Assembly: GCF_032191835.1 (NCBI RefSeq)
Contig: NC_083223.1
Location: 142,166,001-142,230,000 of the forward strand
Reading direction: 5' to 3'
DNA length: 64,000 nt
From: Heteronotia binoei
Taxonomy: Eukaryota
In this document: positions 56,716 to 64,000 of the stretch, one piece after another
How positions within the stretch are numbered: position 1 is the stretch's first letter
How the letters are laid out: each line of letters begins with the position of its first letter
Position numbers and translations under genes: made by a program
Notes under the pieces: generated by a model
Database searches by the model: none
Seen by the model: only the letters and a program-made list of their open reading frames with translations
Told to the model about the DNA's origin: nothing

Positions 56716-59407
56716 GATTTCAAGACATTGAAGGTCTGGCCCAGAAGTGCTATTGCAACACAGAAAGGAAGGCCATTGTTCTTGGTCAAAATGCTGAAAA
56801 AGAAAGCAGGTTGCTCCCATTTTAACATATATCCCCAACCTATGCAAATTGCTTTTAAAAGTGCTAGTATAAGCGGAATGATTAACTCTTGTCCCTAGAC
56901 ACTGGAAAAGGTCAAATGCCTCTGAAAATGAAGGGGCTATGAGAAGCTTTGCTAGTAGGTGCCATACATCTGGCTTTCACATTCATATTCCTTAGCAATT
57001 GTTTTGGATATAAAACAACAGCAGTGATCTTTCAAATGAGGATGTTGCATGTCATTTGTGCTAGGCAGTGGGGCTTCTGTCTCTCTGAAAGCTTAAAGAC
57101 GGTAGAGAGCAAAAATACCCACTCCTTGTTGTTACCCAGCTCGGAGGTCTCCAAATTAATTGGAAGAATTAGTGAGATTGGAGACCAGCAAGAGGAGGTA
57201 ACTAGGGGATCTCCACCAACATCTTGGTTTCATTTCTGGGCCAAGCTATACAATGTACCAATGATTTCAGGGGTGATATTTTAAAGAGGCGTGTCCTCTA
57301 CAAACTGCCCTTCTGCAGGAGGGGTCTGGCTGCTAATATTGCCTCCACAAGTGCTGAGCTTTTATTTATAGGACCAAAGCACTTTCTAAAGGGACTATGG
57401 CAAAGCTGCCTTATTTCAACATTTAATTCACTGGAAAAGCTGGATTAACAATCACACAGCATCTTAACCAAAGGTACAGAACATAGGGATGAGCAGCTGT
57501 TTGGATGCCTTCCTTGGCTGGATATCCTGCCTTCTGTAGCCATGCTCGAAGCCCATAGATGATCTCTTGGCTGTCTCTGAGTACGGAGTTGGAGTGGAAT
57601 GGTGCCATATGAACACATGTGCTGTCTAAATTGCTTGGCATCTAACCCCGAGCAAAACTATTCAAGTGACCATAGATTAAGACAGGCAGCATATATAAAA
57701 CTGCAAATGTTGGCTTCTCAGTAGAAAACTTGGCCCTTTGTGACGAGGATGAAAAATGGACTTGGTAGGCTTTCCTGAGTGTGTTTGCACCTGTTGGCAT
57801 TTTGATTGTAAAGAAACACACAGCAACAAATGTCCTGCATGCTGTTTCAATGCTGATGGACAAGGCAATCTGCATTTCTTCATGACCTGGTGGGGAGGGG
57901 AGATCTTGATGGCATCAGCAGGCAAGTCTAACAAACAAATGCTGTTCTTTGAGACTATTAACACATTTGTCTCTTAATGACAGGACACATGGAATCAAGA
58001 CTTCTTGGTTATATGGGACTATAAAAGAGGACAACAGAGCTCCTTTAGCAAGCAGCTAATATAAGTGGTAGCAGATTTCAGCACTTGCCTATCCCTTCGT
58101 CTGCACTCCCGGCAAGAAGACCCCAGCAATTGTCTCTGCCTACTCATCTTGCATGGGCTGTGTTTCCTGTTCATGTTGGCAGCTGCTCTCCCTGAACAAA
58201 CAGGTGGGTTCTATTAACAGGTTGTTGGGAGAGGGGAGAGGAGTCCACCCATTCCCCTGGGAGAACAGCTGCCACTGGAGAGAACAAGGCATTGTTGGTA
58301 AGGCCAGATAAAATGATGGCTGATTCCTGCTTGGAAAGGAGGGTGTTCCAAGAACCCTCCTAGCTTCCCAAAGAGAAGTTCTAAGGATCATGTGTTTTTG
58401 TATACATGGGCAACAACTCAGTAAAAGCCCACTTTTTGCAGTCTTCAGCAGGAGCCTAACAAGTAGGCTTCTCTATAGCTGTTGCAGGCTTTCTGATTGA
58501 TAGAACCAGCAGTTTCCAGGAACCTCCACCATCTGGGGCCAGTATCACCAAATCATGAAGCAAAGTAGATGGTGATTCCTGCTCATCCTTGAGGTACAGA
58601 AGGGCAAAGAAAGTATCCTTTGTTCCCAAATAAGTTCCTTAGAAAATATACTTCATGCCTTGAGTGTTGTCTAATGTTCAGAGAATTACAAGGTAAGACA
58701 GGACAAACTATCATGGAATCTGGTGATCCTCTTGTTTTATAATTGTGAATGACAAAGACATAAATAAAGTAATAATCAGAAGTCATCTAAGGGTTCATAT
58801 CTAGGTTATATGGTAAGAGAGTTTGCTGCCATGGCAGGTATGGTTTTATTAAGCTAAGTATTTAATCTTCCTCACAAGTAGGTTACCAGTTTGGTTTTAA
58901 TTTGCACTGAACATAGGGCCATAGCAATTTTTAACAAATAAAATGTTACCCTAGGCCCAAACATGTCCAAAAACATTATTAATGATCAGAGGAACAAAAG
59001 TCATTATTTAAATCCAGTAAGCAATTTCAGTTGTGAAGTGGGAATTTCCAGGGATTTATTTTTTAAATTACTCATACATCACATGTCATCAACTCAAAAA
59101 AGCAACAATAAACCCAACCTTGTTTAAGGATTCCTGTTTCTTTAGCTGGTACTGCAGATTAAACAAAATACCTTAATGACTTTAAATATTTCCAAACATG
59201 AAAAAAGTAAAAAAAAATAACGTGACTGAGCCAAGTTGAGAAAATCCCCCACTGTTTTCTCTACTGCTGAGGAAGTGATTAAGAAGAGTACAGTAGTTGC
59301 AATACTGTGCACAGAAGCTGCTAGAGCCAGGCACCTGAGTCTACTGCTTATTAGTCACACAGTTATCAGTTTTGAGAGCATGAAAAATATGATGGAATTT
59401 GGGTGTG

Positions 59408-59595
59408 CAGGGCTTTTTTTTTTAAAGCAGGAATGCACGGGAATGCAGTTCTGGCTGGCATGGTGTCAGAGGGTGTGGCCTAATATGCAAATGAATTTCT
59501 GTTGGGCTTTTTCTACAGAAAAGCCCTATGTGAAACAATGGTGACATCAGAGGGTGTGGCCTAATATGCAAATGAGTTCCTGCTGGACCTTTTCT
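59408..59595. mobile_element. CAGGGCTT-family hAT MITE, right end lost
   Basis: Left TIR CAGGGCTTTTT and two GGGTGTGGCCTAATATGCAAATGA subrepeats; ends in a C-run. Confidence 0.75.
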
Positions 59596-60958
59596 CTCCC
59601 CCCCCCCGAGGGTGGGTATTCCCCACACTCACTTTCCGGGCTATGACTGAGGCAATCCATAACTGCAATACAACGAAATCAAGTTACAATATTTCACAAC
59701 ACTTGTGAAGATTTTTCTGAGCTGCTATTGCTTGAAAGAAAGAAAACTCTTTCCAATATTTTTTTTTTTAAAAAAACACCTTAATAGAATTAATTTCCAA
59801 AAGTTATGAGAAAAACTATTAGGGGAGCTGAGGTGAACTGACTAATACAAATAGTACATTTATTTAAGTGGCAGGGCACAAAAGCGGGAAAAGATTAGGT
59901 CTTTCTGTTAATTAACTTGGATGATGCCAGAGAACAAAGTAACCTTAGGAAAAACTAGAAGCACTCAATAAACCAATGCAATTAATTATTAGAAAGCATT
60001 GGTCCTTTAGTATCTTTCAGTTATAAATGTGGAAAATATCTACTCATTTTATCAATATTTGATATACACACACTCATAGTTCTACCAATATTGCATATGA
60101 GAATCAATGCACTGAACCGCTCACAAGGCATGACTGCCCATGCCAGAAAGAAAGGAATTAGTGCGCTACAACATCCTTAATCTGTTTCACTGTGGACATC
60201 TGATATGTATCTCTGTCTCTCAGAGATTTCATCTTAGACAGATGTGCTACTCATTCAATAGAGGGAACAACTTTAGCTCTGCCTTAGAAGCTGCCAAGCA
60301 GTACACAGGAAGATAGATGTTAAATAATCACATTGTGCAGTTTTCAGTCTCTGAAATGCTAGGGGTACATGTATCCCTAGTGACACTAGAAAGGATATGC
60401 CTGGATGACCATGTCAGAATGTGTGATTATATCAAACCTGCAGAAGCTAAATTGGTCTGGGTGTGGCCAGTGTGTTGCAACCCTATGTATTTCATCTTGA
60501 AGTCCATGATACAAGATGGACTTCAAGCTTTAAGATAAAGAAACAAATAAGGAATGGCATGCAGAAAAGGGCTCAATTAGTAATAAGCTGAGTGAAACGA
60601 AAAGTGGAGGCTGGGTTTGATTGCTTTGTATTCCATAACTAACAAAAGGCTAATTATCTGACTCTGCTAGGCATATGCAACCAAAGTAGTGGCATGTATT
60701 CATAGTGGGATCAGAACCATTGATTAGGTAATGCCACTGTCTCCTTTAAATATCAGTCCTGTCCAGTTCTATTTGTATTTCATCATGAATTTTACCTGAA
60801 TAGTGCAACTTTCCTAAAGAAGGCCTGCCTTTCTTGAAGACGCTTTCCTAAATTGGCAGCCAGCCCTACACAGCACATTGGACCTGGAAGTCTTAATAGG
60901 AGCATTCAGTCTGAAATCTGTAGATGCATATTAGTATCGAAGTGGCCATAGATGGCAA

Positions 60959-61237
60959 TAAGAAGACCGAAGAAGACAGCAGATTTATATTCCGCCCTTC
61001 TCGGAATCAGAGTCTCAGAGCAGTTTACAATCTCCTTCATCTGCTTCCCCCACAACAGACACCCTGTGAGGTAGATGGAGCTGAGAGAGCGGAAGCTGCC
61101 TTTTCAAGGACAACTCCTGCAAGAGCTATGGCTGACCCAAAGTCATTCCAGAAGCTGCAAGTGGAGGAGTGGGGAATCAAACTCGGTTTTCCCAGATAAG
61201 AGTCTGCATGCTTAACCACTACACCAAACTGGCTCTC
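60959..61237 (-). mobile_element. tRNA-derived SINE with L2-like tail (Squam2-like)
   Basis: Reverse complement of the 9512 family. Confidence 0.85.
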
Positions 61238-61457
61238 AGACAATTGAAATGCAAAGGGGTAACACCTCAGAATTACTTCCAAAGCAGTCTAGGTGCTAAG
61301 TCTTCTCATCTTTCCTTTGCCATCCAGCTCCACAGGAAATGGAAAATCAAGGCTTAAATGTTTTCTGATAGACAAGAAGGAAACTGAAGCAGTGTACCAT
61401 TTAAAGGAAAATCAAAGGAATGCCATCTTTTCTGAGACACATTTTAAGAGGGGAGCA

Positions 61458-61600
61458 ATGCTGGGGGTAAAGTGTAGATGACTGGGGAAGGCAATGGCAA
61501 ACCACCCCATAAAAAGTCTGCCATGAAAACATCATGATGTGATGTCACCCCAGAGTCAGAAACGACTGGTGTTTGCACAGGGAACTCTTCCTTTACCTTT
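61458..61600 (+). mobile_element. Sauria SINE 3' half
   Basis: GATGACTGGGGAAGGCAATGGCAAACCACCCC...TTGCACAGGGAACT..CCTTTACCTTTA, matches 40800-40928. Confidence 0.85.
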
Positions 61601-62291
61601 AAACAATTTTGATATTTTAAAACCATTGTTTCCCACATACTGTGACACTAAGATTCTCTTAGATTATGCTAACAGCTAAGGACCCCCTGAGAAGGAGGCT
61701 TTCAGAACATGCTGCCATGTTCTCAACAGCTGCAGAGCCTCAAGTGTATTCTGACTAGGTCAGAAGGAAGGCAAAATGGCAGGGATTGCCTTAATAGATT
61801 CAGGTGAGTTACAGCCATTGAGATGAAAAGTCCAACAATATTTAGGGAGTCGTCTTGTAATTCTAGCTAGGCTGAAAGCAACTTATTGGTGAGCTGGTTC
61901 AATTTCTAGTGTGAACTGGTAACACTCTGCTGTCTTCCTCTGCCCTGCAGTTACTGGATAAGGCAAAATGATACTAAGAAACCTTTCTAGGGCTCCGGAG
62001 TGATAAAGAAAATGTTAGGAGCTATGCCAAAGTGCTACTATTATTCTATTTAATATAAAAGGCAACTATCTAGCACCATATTCCCTCTTACTTCTGCCAT
62101 TCCATGATGATGCAACCCAATATGTCTCGTCCCTTCTATAACATTTACATGCCCTGCTTATGTATCTCTACCATAATGCTACTGAGACCAGAGTGTCATT
62201 TTTGGCACATTTTTGCTTTGTATGTCCATTCCGTTAAACCCAAAATGAAACTCTGGAGCTTTGACTCTGTGATTTCAGTGATATTATACTA

Positions 62292-63850
62292 GAGAACAGA
62301 AGAGAAGCCATGTTGGATCAGGCCAATGGCCCATCCAGTTCAACACTCTGTGTCACACAGTGGCCAATATATGTGTGTGTGTGTATACACACACACACAC
62401 ATACGTACATACATACACACACACACACACATATACTGTGGCTAATAGCCACTGACGGACCTCTGTTCCATATTTTTATCCAATCCCCTCTTAAAGCTGG
62501 CTATGCTTGTAGCTGCCACCACCTCCTGTGGCAGTGAATTCCACATGTTAATCACCTTTTGGGTGAAGAAGTACTTCCTTTTATCCATTTTAACCTGACT
62601 GCTCAGCAATTTCATTGAATGCCCACGAGTTCTTGTATTGTGAGAAAGGGAGAAAAGGACTTCTTTCTCTACTTTCTCCATCCCATGCATAATCTTGTAA
62701 ACCTCTATCATGTCACCCCGCAGTCGACGTTTCTCCAAGCTAAAGAGCCCCAAGCGCTTTAACCTTTCTTCATAGGGAAAGTGTTCCAAACCTTTAATCA
62801 TTCTAGTTGCCCTTTTCTGCACTTTTTCCAATGCTATAATATCCTTTTTGAGGTGCATTGACCAGAATTGTACACAGTATTCCAAATGAGACCGCACCAT
62901 CGATTTATACAGGGGCATTATGATACCGGCCGATTTAATTTCAGTTCCCTTCCTAATAATTCCCAGCATGGCGTTGGCCTTTTTTATTGCAATCGCACAC
63001 GGTCTTGACATTTTCAGTGAGTTATCTACCACGACCCCAAGTTATCTACCACGACCTTTTGGCCAGTCTCTGCCAGTTCACACCCCATCAACTTGTATTT
63101 GTAGCTGGGATTCTTGGCCTCAATGTGCATTACTTTGCACATGGCCACATTGAACCTCATCTGCCACGTTGACACCCACTCACCCAGCCTCAACAGATCC
63201 CTTTGGAGTTTCTCACAATTCTCGCTGGTTCTCACCACCCTGAACAATTTAGTGTCATCTGCAAACTTGGCCACTTCATTGCTCACTCCCAACTCCAGAT
63301 CATTAATGAACAAGTTAAAGAGCATGGGACCCAGTACTGAGCCCTGCGACACCCCACTGCTTACCGTCCTCCACTGTGAAGACTGCCCATTTATACTCAC
63401 TCTCTGCTTCCTATTAATTAGCCAGTTTTTGATCCACAAGAGGACCTGTCCTTTTACTCCATGCCTCTCAAGCTTACTAAGAAGCCTTTGATGAGGAACT
63501 TTATCAAAAGCTTTCTGGAAGTCAAAGTAAATGACATCTGTTGGGTCCCGTTTGTTCACCCCCTCAAAGAACTGTAACAGGTTAGTGAGGCAAGATCTTC
63601 CCTTACAGAACCCATGCTGAGTATTCCTCAATAACTTGTGTTCATCAATGTACCTACTCATTCTGTCCTTGATAATGCTTTCTGCCAACTTTCCCAGTAT
63701 TGAAGTCAGACTGACTGGCCTGTAATTTCCCAGATATCCTTTGGAACCCTTTTTAAAGATGGGGGTGACATTTGCTAACTTCCAGTCCTCAGAAACGGAG
63801 GCAGATTTCAATGAAAGATTACATATTTTTGTTAGGAGATCCAAAAATTC
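62292..63850 (-). pseudogene. CR1 LINE, 5'-truncated RT region plus 3' UTR
   Basis: NYRPVSLTSI, QHGFCKGRSCLTNLL, DFQKAFDKV, QGSVLGPMLF, KFADDTKL, RSHLEYCVQFW. Frameshift at a 16-bp local duplication (63021-63056) and a small deletion near 63550. Confidence 0.95.
62367..62434. repeat. Compound (GT)/(AC) microsatellite inside the CR1 3' UTR
   Basis: Read directly; flanked on both sides by CR1 UTR sequence. Confidence 0.95.
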
Positions 63851-64000
63851 AACATGCACCATGACCACTGGCTCCTCCCCAACACTATCAGCCTAACTAC
63901 AACACACTTTATGTTCGCTACCTTCAAACCAGGCAGGCAAGTCACCATACGGTCAGTATGCGGTTTTGCCACCCAGCTGTCTACTTGCCTAAGGATCGAA

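Noticed and set aside
57423-57641. Protein-like minus-strand ORF (FHSNSVLRDSQEIIYGLRAW)
   Set aside because: No clear donor/acceptor pair or known match; cannot be supported without BLASTX or RNA-seq.

Overview
Eukaryotic, gene-poor DNA from a squamate reptile, most likely a gecko (inferred from Sauria/Squam-type SINEs, BovB and squamate CR1/L2/Penelope fragments). No host protein-coding exon can be confidently identified, so the window looks intronic or intergenic and is dominated by transposable elements. The main contents are: (1) a full-length 4.08-kb RTE-clade LINE on the minus strand (14476-18559) with a 13-bp target-site duplication, an uninterrupted APE-RT-zinc-finger ORF, an upstream ORF and a hand-folded HDV-like (CPEB3-like) self-cleaving ribozyme at its 5' end, inserted in the 3' UTR of an L2-type LINE; (2) a complete but inactivated Gypsy LTR retrotransposon (29727-34371) with 258-bp LTRs, 5-bp TSD, tRNA-Ser-type PBS and PPT; (3) truncated L2, CR1, BovB, Penelope and probable DIRS/Ngaro pieces; (4) many SINEs and several hAT/PIF-type MITE families with 8-bp or 3-bp TSDs; (5) several long inverted repeats and snap-back hairpins at TE junctions. 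The best candidate for an undescribed system is the ribozyme-headed, AUG-less RTE with a co-oriented LTR-like promoter about 0.85 kb upstream. All structure and family assignments were made by eye, without database searches.
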